A stretch of DNA of 15,345 bases from Gemmatimonadota bacterium (GTDB lineage Bacteria > Gemmatimonadota > Gemmatimonadetes > Longimicrobiales > RSA9), in assembly GCA_040905425.1 (NCBI GenBank), contig JBBDRO010000031.1, positions 20,585 to 35,929 on the forward strand, written 5' to 3'. Within the stretch, counting starts at the first letter, position 1. Each line of letters opens with the position of its first letter. The translations under genes and the position numbers were made by a program. Below, piece by piece: positions 1-8,010 of the stretch. The notes under the pieces were generated by a model. It did no database searches. It saw nothing but the letters and a program-made list of their open reading frames with translations, and was not told the origin of the DNA.

Positions 1-13
1 GCCTCAGCCCGCC

Positions 14-973
14 TCAGCCCGCGGCCGGCGGCCCGGCCAGCAGCCCCCGCACCGGTGCCCGCCAGCCGTAGGGATCCTCCGCCTGCCCCTGCGCAATGGC
101 CAGGAAGCGCTCCTGCAGGCGCCGCGTGACCTCGCCGCGCCGGCCCTCTCCGACCGTGATCCGGTCCACGCTACGGATGGGCGTGACCTCGGCGGCCGTG
201 CCGGTGAAGAAGGCCTCGTCGGCGGCGTAGAGGAGCTCGCGGGGGATGGGCACTTCGCGCAGCGGGATGCCCAGCTCCCGGGCCAGGACCAGGATGGACG
301 CGCGCGTGATGCCGTGCAGGTTGGTGCCGTCCAGCGGGGAGGTGAGGAGCTCGCCGTCGCGCACCAGGAAGAGGTTCTGGCCGCTGCCCTCGCTCACGCG
401 GCCATCGGGTGCCAACGCAATGCCCTCGGCAAAGCCGCCCGCGAGCGCCTCCATCTTGATGAGCTGCGCGTTGTTGTAGTGCCCGGCGGCCTTGGCCATG
501 GTGGGCAGCGTGTTGGGGTGCGGGCGGAGCCAGGTGGAGACGCACACGTCCACGCCGTTCTCCAGCGCACCCTCTCCCAGGTAGGTGCCCCACGGCCAGC
601 ACGGGATGTACGTCTCCAGCGGGCTGCCCGCGGGCACCATCCCCGCCGCCCCGTAGCCCCACAGCACCATGGGCCGGATGTAGCAGGAGTCCAGTCCGTT
701 TTCCTCCACCATCCTTGCACAGGCGCGCGCCAGCTTCACGCGGCTGTGCGCCAGCGGCATGCGGTAGATGCGGCAGGAATCCTCCAGCCGCCGCAGATGG
801 TCATCCAGGCGGAAGATGGCCGGTCCGTCGGGCGTGCTGTAGCAGCGGATGCCTTCGAACACGGAGGAGCCGAACTGCACCGCCGTGCTGAGGAGGTGCA
901 CGGTGGCGTCCTGCCAGGGGATGACGTCTCCGTCCTTCCAGATCCACTCGGCTTCGGTCAGTCGTCCGGACAT
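14..973 (-). CDS. ilvE: Branched-chain amino acid aminotransferase (PLP fold type IV), 319 aa
   Basis: Motifs GSSVFEGIRCY, YIRP, AKAAGHY (PLP Lys), EGSGQNLF, GITR and FTGTAAEVTPI. Start moved from the ORF-track 1144 to ATG 973 (MSGRLTEAEWIW), preceded by GGGA; this also removes the overlap with the SDR. Confidence 0.9.
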   Translation of the reverse strand: MSGRLTEAEWIWKDGDVIPWQDATVHLLSTAVQFGSSVFEGIRCYSTPDGPAIFRLDDHLRRLEDSCRIYRMPLAHSRVKLARACARMVEENGLDSCYIRPMVLWGYGAAGMVPAGSPLETYIPCWPWGTYLGEGALENGVDVCVSTWLRPHPNTLPTMAKAAGHYNNAQLIKMEALAGGFAEGIALAPDGRVSEGSGQNLFLVRDGELLTSPLDGTNLHGITRASILVLARELGIPLREVPIPRELLYAADEAFFTGTAAEVTPIRSVDRITVGEGRRGEVTRRLQERFLAIAQGQAEDPYGWRAPVRGLLAGPPAAG

Positions 974-1031
974 GTGCTTTCCCAGCGAAGGTGAGGCGCG
1001 CGCGGCGCGCGGAACGGGGACGTCGCTTGCA

Positions 1032-1820
1032 TCAGAGCAGGGAGCGGATGCGCCCGCCATCCACAGGGATGGACGTGCCGGTGATGAACGAGGCACGCGT
1101 GGAGCACAGGAACGCCACCATGGCGGCAAACTCCTCCGGCTCACCGATGCGTCCCATGGGCGTATCCCGCTCCCACTGGCGGAAGACGTCCGCCGGATCG
1201 CCGTCGGGCCCCGCCATGCGTTCGGCCAGTTCGTCCAGGCGCTCGGTGCGCGTGAAGCCGGGCATGACGTTGTTCACGGTGATGCCCAACGCGGCCACTT
1301 CGTTGGCCAGCGTACGCGCGAAGCCGGTCACCGCGGCGCGAATGGAATTGGACAGGATGAGCCCGTCCACCGGCTGCTTCACGGCTATGGAGGTGACGTT
1401 CACGATGCGGCCCCAGCGGCGCTCCTTCATGCCGGGCAGCGCCCCGCGCACCAGGTGCAGGACGCTCTCCATGAGCTGGGTGTAGGCGGTCTGCCAGGCC
1501 GCGTGGTCGTGGCTATCGAACGGCCCCGACGGTGGCCCGCCCGTGTTGGTGACCAGGATGTCCACGCCACCGAACGCCTCCTCCGCCTCGCGCAGCACGG
1601 TGCCCGCGCCCTCCGCGGTGGACAGGTCCACGGCCACCGCGCGCACGCGATCGTCCCTGCCGGCGGCCAGTTCGGCGCGCGTCCGCTCCAGCGCTTCGGC
1701 CCCGCGCGCGCACAGGACCACGCGCGCGCCCTCCGCCACCAGCGTCTCGGCCACGGCGCGCCCCAGCCCGCGGCTGGAGCCCGTGACCACGGCCCGGCGG
1801 TCCTCGAGTCCAAGGTCCAT
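1032..1820 (-). CDS. Short-chain dehydrogenase/reductase, atypical BKR-like subfamily, 262 aa
   Basis: TGSSRGLG Rossmann motif, NTGGP, GRIVNVTS, LANEVA.GITVNNVMPG and C-terminal SFITGTSIPVDGG. LSNSIR replaces YxxxK. Confidence 0.9.
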   Translation of the reverse strand: MDLGLEDRRAVVTGSSRGLGRAVAETLVAEGARVVLCARGAEALERTRAELAAGRDDRVRAVAVDLSTAEGAGTVLREAEEAFGGVDILVTNTGGPPSGPFDSHDHAAWQTAYTQLMESVLHLVRGALPGMKERRWGRIVNVTSIAVKQPVDGLILSNSIRAAVTGFARTLANEVAALGITVNNVMPGFTRTERLDELAERMAGPDGDPADVFRQWERDTPMGRIGEPEEFAAMVAFLCSTRASFITGTSIPVDGGRIRSLL

Positions 1821-1822
1821 GG

Positions 1823-2203
1823 CTACGTCCGATCGTGGAAATAGGTGTCCGTGCCGTCCAGCCAGTCGGCGCGCGGCGGGCTGAAGACGTCCATGTCCAG
1901 CGTGTCCTCCAGCGCCTCGGCCTCGTGCCAGACGTTGCCCGGGATGTGGAGCACCTCACCCGTGCGCACGACCACTTCCTCCTGGCCGTCCTCACCCAGG
2001 CTGAAGCGCAGCGCCCCGTCGAGGATGTAGGTGAACTGCTCGTTCTCGTGGCGGTGCCTGGGCACCACGCAGCCCTGCTTCAGGTGGACGTGGGCCAGCA
2101 TGACGCGCTGCCCGGTGATGAGCTGGCGGTCGAGAAGATCCGTGACCCGCTCACGGGGAATGTCCTCCCAGCGGGTATGCGTGCAGGACGTGGCTTCGGG
2201 CAT
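1823..2203 (-). CDS. Cupin domain protein (KdgF-like monocupin), 126 aa
   Basis: Cupin motif 1 PRHRHENEQFTYILDG, motif 2 GEVLHIPGNVWHEA, and C-terminal DVFSPPRADW. AGGAG RBS upstream of ATG 2203. The stop lies 2 nt before the SDR start. Confidence 0.88.
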   Translation of the reverse strand: MPEATSCTHTRWEDIPRERVTDLLDRQLITGQRVMLAHVHLKQGCVVPRHRHENEQFTYILDGALRFSLGEDGQEEVVVRTGEVLHIPGNVWHEAEALEDTLDMDVFSPPRADWLDGTDTYFHDRT

Positions 2204-2336
2204 CGGCGGCTCCTGTAAGGTTTGGCAGATGGGATTAGTGTCCGCAGGGGGGGAGCGGCGCGCAAGGTGTGAAGGCCATATTTTCCGGGTGGCCGGAGAG
2301 CGGCTCCGGGTCCGCAGGCACGCACAGGGAGGGACC

Positions 2337-4511
2337 ATGGTGAGGATGTGGACGCGGTGCACGGCGCCGCTGATGGCGGTGGCGGCGGCGGCGCTGGTGG
2401 CGAGCGGGGCGGCCGCCCAGGGGGCCGGCTTCGATCCGGACACGGTGCGCCGGGGCGCGCTGGACTACGGCAAGATGTGGACGTTCGAGTATCCGCCCGC
2501 GGAGCACTTCCGCTCCACCTACGGCTTCGAGGCGGACGCCGCGTGGTTCGAGCGGGCGCGGCTGGCCGCGCTGCGCATCCCGGGCTGCTCGGCCGCGCTC
2601 GTCTCCGACCACGGACTGGTGGTGACCAACCACCACTGCATCCGCAGCCGCGTGAGCGCCGTGTCCGCCCCCGGTGAGACGCTCCTGGACAGCGGCTTCT
2701 ACGCCCCCACGGCCGAGCTGGAACGGCCCATACCGGGCTACTACGCGGACCAGCTCATCGCGGTGCGGGACGTGAGTGAGGAGGTGCTGGCGGCGCTGGA
2801 CGCGGCGGCGGACCCGCCGGCGCGCGCCGAGGCCCGGCGCGCCGCGCAGGAGGCCATCGTTGCGCGGGAGCGGGAGCGCCACGCCGCGGAGGGCGCGGAC
2901 ATCGTGGTGCAGGTCATCGAGCTCTATCACGGCGGCCGCTATTCCGCCTACGTCTTCCGGCGCTATCACGACGTGCGGCTGGTGGCCGCCGCGGAGCTGC
3001 AGATGGGCTTCTTCGGAGGCGACCCGGACAACTTCACCTACCCGCGCTACGCCCTCGATTTCGGCTTCCTCCGCATCTACGGCAACGACGGCCAGCCGCT
3101 GCGCCCGGCGCACCACTTCGAGTGGAGCACCGCGGGCGTGGAGGAGGGCGACGCGATCTTCGTCATCGGCAATCCCGGACCCACCAACCGCCTGAACACG
3201 GTGGCGCAGCTCGAGTACCAGCGGGACGTGCTGGCACCCGCCCAGATGGCGTTCCTGACGGCACGCCTGGACGCCATGCGGACCTTCATCGACGCGCACC
3301 CGGAGGAGGCGGAGGCGCTGGACCTGCGCAACCGCGCGTTCTCCCTGTCCAACTCGCTGAAGGCCTGGACCGGCCGCCTGGCGGCGCTCGGGGATCCCGT
3401 GATCATGGCCCGCAAGGCGGCCGCCGAGCGCGAGTTCCGCGCGGCCCTCGAGGGTGCGCCGGCGCTGGCGGACGCCTTCGGCGGGCTGCTCGATGACATG
3501 GCGGCCGTGCAGGCCCGCAAGCGGGCGCTCGCGCCCGCCTTCGCCGCGTCGCTGGGGCTGGGCAATGCCAACGCCGGCTCGGCGCTTCTGCGGCGGGCCG
3601 TGGGCGCCGTGCAATGGGACGCGGCGCGCCAGGCGGGGGCGCCGGCCGACGTCCTGGCGCAACTCCATGAGCGGGCCACGGGCGGGGCGGACCATCCGGC
3701 CACGCTCGAGCGGGCCTTCCTGGCCGCCCGGCTCGAGGAGCTCCGCCGCCATCTCGGGCCCGACCATGCGGGCGTGCGGGCGGTCCTGGCCGGGCGCGAG
3801 CCGGGCGCCGCGGCGGCGGCGCTGCTGGAGGCCTCGGCCTTCGACCAGGCGGCGTCCGCGGCGGCCGCGCTGGCCGGCGGCGCCGCCCCCGCCGATGACC
3901 CGGCGCTGGCCCTGGCGCGGGCGCTCCTGCCCACGATGGCGGCGTACGAGCGAACGGCCTCGGCCGCGGCCGAGGAGGAGGCCGCGCTGGCGGGGCGCCT
4001 GGGCCGCGCCCGCTTCGAGGTCTACGGCACCGAGGTGGCGCCCGACGCCACCTCCTCCCCGCGCATCACCGACGGGCGCGTGCTGCCCTACGCGTACAAC
4101 GGTACGCTGGCGCCCGTCTACACCACCTTCTACGGCGTCTACGACCACTTCCACTCCTACGGGCCCGCCTCGGACTGGAGCCTGCCCCACCGTTGGGTCA
4201 CGCCGCCCGCGGGGCTGGAGCTGGGCACGCCGCTCAACTTCATCTCCACGGCCGACACCTACGGCGGCAACTCGGGCTCGCCGGCGGTCACACCGGAGCT
4301 GCGCATCGTGGGGCTGAACTTCGACCGCAACATCGAAGGCCTGTCACGCGACTTCATCTACCTGCCGGAGCGCGGCCGCAACATCATGGTGGACGTGCGC
4401 GCCATCCTGGAGGCGCTGGACGTGGTCTACGACGCTGATCGGCTGGTCCTGGAGCTGACCACGGGGCGCTACGTGCCCAGCGAGGCGGAGGCGGACGCCA
4501 TCCGGCGTTGA
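2337..4511 (+). CDS. S46 family dipeptidyl peptidase (DPP11/DPP7-like) with signal peptide, 724 aa
   Basis: GKMWTF, GCSAALVS..GLVVTNHHC (His), DFGFLRIY (Asp), PDATSSPRITDG, GGNSGSP (Ser) and GLNFDRN. Ala-rich signal peptide ending AAA-Q. GGGAGG RBS before ATG 2337. Confidence 0.92.
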   Translation: MVRMWTRCTAPLMAVAAAALVASGAAAQGAGFDPDTVRRGALDYGKMWTFEYPPAEHFRSTYGFEADAAWFERARLAALRIPGCSAALVSDHGLVVTNHHCIRSRVSAVSAPGETLLDSGFYAPTAELERPIPGYYADQLIAVRDVSEEVLAALDAAADPPARAEARRAAQEAIVARERERHAAEGADIVVQVIELYHGGRYSAYVFRRYHDVRLVAAAELQMGFFGGDPDNFTYPRYALDFGFLRIYGNDGQPLRPAHHFEWSTAGVEEGDAIFVIGNPGPTNRLNTVAQLEYQRDVLAPAQMAFLTARLDAMRTFIDAHPEEAEALDLRNRAFSLSNSLKAWTGRLAALGDPVIMARKAAAEREFRAALEGAPALADAFGGLLDDMAAVQARKRALAPAFAASLGLGNANAGSALLRRAVGAVQWDAARQAGAPADVLAQLHERATGGADHPATLERAFLAARLEELRRHLGPDHAGVRAVLAGREPGAAAAALLEASAFDQAASAAAALAGGAAPADDPALALARALLPTMAAYERTASAAAEEEAALAGRLGRARFEVYGTEVAPDATSSPRITDGRVLPYAYNGTLAPVYTTFYGVYDHFHSYGPASDWSLPHRWVTPPAGLELGTPLNFISTADTYGGNSGSPAVTPELRIVGLNFDRNIEGLSRDFIYLPERGRNIMVDVRAILEALDVVYDADRLVLELTTGRYVPSEAEADAIRR

Positions 4512-4694
4512 CCTGACGGCGGCCGGGCGAGCGCGGCATGTGCGGCGGCCCGGCCGCGGCACGCGCGGCGGCCAGGTGGGCGCTGCACACGACGCCGCCG
4601 GGCCGCCGCCGCGCCCGCCGCTCCGCGGGGAATCGGCCGGCTCCAGGCCGCTCCCCCGCTCCCCCGGGAATGCTTCCTGCTTGGCCTGGCGGTC

Positions 4695-5606
4695 ATGCTG
4701 AAAGAAACCTGGCAAGAGTTCTCCACCGACCAGAGCATGCGCAGCGCGGCGGCGCTCTCCTACTACACCGTCTTCGCGCTGCCGCCCCTCCTGGTGCTGA
4801 CGCTCATGCTGGTGGGCACCTTTGCCGATTCCACAGCGGCCCAGACGGCCATCGTGGAGCAGGCGCGCGCCAACATCGGCCCGGAGGGCGCCGACGCGGT
4901 GGCGGCCATGATGCGCAACGCCGCGCGGCCGGGCGGCGGTGGCGTGCTGCCCACCGTGCTCAGCCTGGCCGCGCTCGTCTTCGGCGCCACGGGCGCCTTC
5001 GTGCAACTGCAGGGCGCGCTCAACACCGCCTGGGAAGTGGGCCCCGCCGACGGCGGCGGCATGCGCGGTTTCTTCATGAAGCGCGTGCTCTCCTTCGGCA
5101 TGATTCTGGGCGTGGCCTTCCTGCTCCTGGTGAGTATGGTGCTGAGCACCGTGCTCTCCATGGCCGCGGGAGCCATTGCGGGGTGGCTGCCGGCGGGCGT
5201 GTCCAGCGGCTTTCTGTGGGCCGTGGACCTGGCCCTCTCCATGGCCGTCATCACGCTGCTCTTCGCGGCCCTCTTCAAGATCCTGCCGGACGCCCGCATC
5301 GGCTGGCGGGACGTGTGGATGGGCGCCGCCGCCACGGGGGCGCTGTTCGTGGTGGGCAAGTTCCTCCTGGGTCTCTACATCGGGCGGAGTGACCCGGGCA
5401 GCGCGTACGGCGCGGCCGGTTCCCTGGCCGTCATGCTGGTGTGGATCTACTACTCCTCGATCATTCTCCTGCTGGGCGCCGAATTCACCCAGGTGTGGGC
5501 CCGCCGGCGCGGCCGTCGCATTGCTCCCGCCGAGGGCGCGGTGCGGGTGGAGAAGGTTCGTCGGCGGGCCGGCGGGCCGTCCGGCTCGTCGGCACCGGCC
5601 GGTTAG
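4695..5606 (+). CDS. YihY/virulence factor BrkB family membrane protein, 303 aa
   Basis: AAALSYYTVFALPPLL, LQGALNTAW, LFKILPD and YGAAGSLAVMLVWIYYS..LLLGAE motifs; about 6 hydrophobic segments. Confidence 0.9.
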   Translation: MLKETWQEFSTDQSMRSAAALSYYTVFALPPLLVLTLMLVGTFADSTAAQTAIVEQARANIGPEGADAVAAMMRNAARPGGGGVLPTVLSLAALVFGATGAFVQLQGALNTAWEVGPADGGGMRGFFMKRVLSFGMILGVAFLLLVSMVLSTVLSMAAGAIAGWLPAGVSSGFLWAVDLALSMAVITLLFAALFKILPDARIGWRDVWMGAAATGALFVVGKFLLGLYIGRSDPGSAYGAAGSLAVMLVWIYYSSIILLLGAEFTQVWARRRGRRIAPAEGAVRVEKVRRRAGGPSGSSAPAG

Positions 5607-5696
5607 CACGCGGCGGGACATGTCGGGAGCGCGCGCTGGAGCTAACCCTTGCCGGCGGGCGCGCATGGCGCGTGGCCGGGGCGCCGTGTCTCACCC

Positions 5697-5725
5697 CTGA
5701 CAGCGCGGCCCCGGCGCGCTAGACT
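5697..5725 (+). promoter_or_regulatory. Candidate sigma70-type promoter for the acyltransferase
   Basis: CTGACA (5697-5702), 17-nt spacer, TAGACT (5720-5725), ending 23 nt before ATG 5749. Confidence 0.55.
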
Positions 5726-5748
5726 GTCGTGGCCCCCGCACCCGGACC

Positions 5749-6573
5749 ATGATAATGACCCGACCCGCACCGCCAGCGCCGGCATCGGCATCCGCCACCC
5801 CCGGACGCCTGGGGCGCCGCGTGCTCTCCGCCCTCCTGTGGGCGGCCTACCTGGTGCTCGTAATCGTCCTCACGCCGGTGCTGGCGGTCATCTTCATCTG
5901 CACGGCGCCCTTCGATCCCGGGCGCTACACCGTGGGGCTGTGGTTCCGCCGCGGTGCGCGGCTGGCGGTGGCCATGAACCCCCTGTGGAGCTTCCGTACC
6001 TCGGGCGTCCGCGTCACCGATCCGCGCCGCCCTTACGTGGCGGTCTCCAACCACGAATCCTACGCGGACATCTTTCTCATCAGCCATCTGCCCTGGGAGA
6101 TGAAGTGGCTCTCCAAGGACGCGGTGTTCCGCATCCCCTTCATGGGATGGATGATGCGCATGGCGGGGGACATCCATGTGGTACGGGAGGACCGGCGCAG
6201 CCGCATGCAGGCGCTGCAGGGCGTTCACGACCGGCTGCAGAAGCGTGTTTCGGTGATGATCATGCCCGAAGGCACGCGCACGCCCAGCGGGCGTATGCTC
6301 CCATTTCGGGACGGAGCGTTTCGCGCCGCCGTGGAGGCGGGTGTGCCCATCCTCCCCATGGCGGTGGCCGGCACGAGGGAAGCCATGGCCAAGGGCTCGC
6401 TGCTCTTCAACCGCGCCGTTGCGGAGGTGCGGGTCCTGGAGCCCGTGCCCACCGAGGGACTCACGCTGGAGGACGTGCCCGCCCTGCGCGAGCGGGTACG
6501 CGCCATGATCGAGCAGGCGCGCGACGAGCTCCGCCACGAGCTGGAGCTGCGAACGAGGCCCGCGCACAATTAG
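5749..6573 (+). CDS. plsC: 1-acyl-sn-glycerol-3-phosphate (lysophospholipid) acyltransferase, PlsC family, ~274 aa
   Basis: NHESYAD (HxxxxD), IPFMGW, MPEGTR and PFRDGAF motifs plus an N-terminal TM helix. The start may be 5749 or 5755. Confidence 0.85.
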   Translation: MIMTRPAPPAPASASATPGRLGRRVLSALLWAAYLVLVIVLTPVLAVIFICTAPFDPGRYTVGLWFRRGARLAVAMNPLWSFRTSGVRVTDPRRPYVAVSNHESYADIFLISHLPWEMKWLSKDAVFRIPFMGWMMRMAGDIHVVREDRRSRMQALQGVHDRLQKRVSVMIMPEGTRTPSGRMLPFRDGAFRAAVEAGVPILPMAVAGTREAMAKGSLLFNRAVAEVRVLEPVPTEGLTLEDVPALRERVRAMIEQARDELRHELELRTRPAHN

Positions 6574-6667
6574 AGGTCCAGACCACTCCCCTTCCCTTGC
6601 CCCGATCCGCCGCTCGGGCCACCCTTGAGGGGTTGGCAACCGACGCTCAACACGAAGAGGCCGCCGC

Positions 6668-7057
6668 ATGTTCGAAAGGAAGTTCTTCACGGAGCGCGTG
6701 TGGCGCTTCACGGAGCAACTCGAGCGCACGCTCTACGACGCCTATGAGCGGCTCACGCGCGACCGGGAAGCGCGTGACCTGCCCATGGCCACGGCCGATG
6801 AGGTGAACCTCATCTCCTGGCCGCAGACCTGGGAGGACAATCAGCACGGTTTCGAGACCAAGGGAGACACCTTCGATCGCGCCACGGTCCAGACGCACGT
6901 GGTGGTGGACGAGTCCCAGAACATAGCGCTGGTCTATCATGGCGGCCGCTTCGCCCGGCGGCTGGACGGGCCCGGCCCAGCTTTCTGGGAGGCGGTGTCC
7001 CGGCGCGATCTACCGGGCGCGGTGGACGAGGACGCCTGGCAGGCGTTGGAAGCGTAG
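6668..7057 (+). CDS. Hypothetical protein, 129 aa
   Basis: GAAGAGG RBS before ATG, GC3-biased codons and a globular, non-shadow composition; fills the gap between plsC and the terminator. Confidence 0.8.
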   Translation: MFERKFFTERVWRFTEQLERTLYDAYERLTRDREARDLPMATADEVNLISWPQTWEDNQHGFETKGDTFDRATVQTHVVVDESQNIALVYHGGRFARRLDGPGPAFWEAVSRRDLPGAVDEDAWQALEA

Positions 7058-7066
7058 GCACGCTTG

Positions 7067-7102
7067 AAAAAAAGGGAGAGCCCCCGTATGGAGGCTCCCC
7101 CT
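7067..7102 (-). terminator. Rho-independent terminator of infA
   Basis: Minus strand AGGGGGAGCCTCC-ATAC-GGGGGCTCTCCCT forms a 13-bp stem with two G-U pairs, followed by a U run. It starts about 25 nt after the infA stop and lies between convergent genes. Confidence 0.85.
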
Positions 7103-7127
7103 GAATGCCGACGCGGACCGTGCCGGA

Positions 7128-7370
7128 TCAGCTCTGGGTGGGCGCTTCGCCGGCCTTGTAGCGGTAGGTGATACGGCCGCGGGAAAGATCGTAGGGAGAG
7201 AGCTCGCAGGCCACGCGGTCACCCTGGAGCACCCGGATCCGGAACTTCTTCATCTTGCCCTTTGCGTAGCACAAGATCTCGTGGCCGTTGTCCAGTTCCA
7301 CGCGATAATTCCGGTCCGGAAGGACTTCCGTCACCACGCCCTCCATCTCGATCGATTCCTGCTTGGCCAT
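7128..7370 (-). CDS. infA: Translation initiation factor IF-1, 80 aa
   Basis: [18 protein letters not shown]...GKM...[26 protein letters not shown] is the IF-1 signature. AAGGGA RBS before ATG 7370. Confidence 0.95.
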   Translation of the reverse strand: MAKQESIEMEGVVTEVLPDRNYRVELDNGHEILCYAKGKMKKFRIRVLQGDRVACELSPYDLSRGRITYRYKAGEAPTQS

Positions 7371-7503
7371 ACCATCCCTTTCGCCGAATAAAACATTTCG
7401 CCCGCGGGCCGGTCCGACGCCGCGGGCGAGCACGCCATGTGAACCATCCATCTTGCATACACGCCAACGCAGGTTCCGTTCCGGCGGCTGATGTGCGCGC
7501 ACC

Positions 7504-7935
7504 CTACCGGACGCGCCGCAGAATCCGCGCACTCCAGGGGCAGTACCGCCCGAGATTGTCCACCCAGTAGTCCAGATCCGCCTCCACGTCACTCATGGGA
7601 CGGCCGCTGCAGGCTTCGATGGTCTGGTCGGGAAAGTGGATGCTCTCCGCCACCAGGTGCCACGAGTAGGGCGCGTTGTGCGCCCCGTCCCCATGGGCCA
7701 GATCCCCGGCCACGATGGTCTCCCTGCCCTCCGCCAGAATGGCCTCAGCAGCGGCGATACGCTCCGCATCCGTCACGGCGAAGCGAAAGTTCTCCTGGTC
7801 CGCCACGCGCACTTCGAAGACCGCCGCGGCGGGATCCAGCCCCACGAAATCATCCTCCGCGCACGCCACGGAGAACAGCACGCCGCAGAGCATGGCGCCA
7901 GCGGCGCTACGCCGACAGGAACGCACGACAGACAC
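7504..7935 (-). CDS. Putative lipoprotein with BP74-like domain, 143 aa
   Basis: AGGAGG RBS then GTG 7935. Basic N-region, hydrophobic stretch and SVA-C lipobox-like end. The C-terminal pattern N.PYSWHL...IEACSG...YCPWS resembles BP74-related proteins (from memory). Confidence 0.7.
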   Translation of the reverse strand: MSVVRSCRRSAAGAMLCGVLFSVACAEDDFVGLDPAAAVFEVRVADQENFRFAVTDAERIAAAEAILAEGRETIVAGDLAHGDGAHNAPYSWHLVAESIHFPDQTIEACSGRPMSDVEADLDYWVDNLGRYCPWSARILRRVR

Positions 7936-8010
7936 GTGGCTATCCCTCCTCAGTCCGGGTTCAGGGTACAGGCGCGAATCACCACGCCGGCCATGCAGGG
8001 AGTGCGCAGG

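Noticed and set aside
1..22. 10-bp direct repeat GCCTCAGCCC x2 spanning the ilvE stop codon
   Set aside because: Short duplication at the window edge with no associated element; it cannot be interpreted as a target-site duplication.
974..1144. N-terminal extensions in the ORF track for ilvE, and likewise for the cupin, S46, infA, lipoprotein, receiver, S9 and rocD genes
   Set aside because: Most extensions overlap neighbouring genes and are low-complexity. Downstream starts with RBS match the family N-termini.
2235..4190. 651-aa minus-strand ORF, and similar long ORFs at 4344-5666, 5719-6729, 8439-9908, 9731-10909, 10813-12210 and 12289-14568
   Set aside because: Antisense shadows of well-supported genes. 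High-GC3 coding strands leave few stops on the opposite strand, and the translations show no recognisable motifs.
4512..4664. Extremely GC-rich intergenic stretch as a structured ncRNA
   Set aside because: Only short GC pairings expected from base composition; no recognisable riboswitch or ncRNA motif.
6625..6650. Imperfect inverted repeat TTGAG...GGTTGGCAACC...CTCAA upstream of the hypothetical gene
   Set aside because: Short, interrupted arms with no U-tract; not distinguishable from chance.
7468..7484. GG-N10-GC motif (CGGAACGGAACCTGCG, minus strand) upstream of infA as a sigma54 or ECF promoter
   Set aside because: Several mismatches to the RpoN consensus, and the spacing does not fit GGAAC-N16/17-CGTT. 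Too weak in GC-rich DNA.
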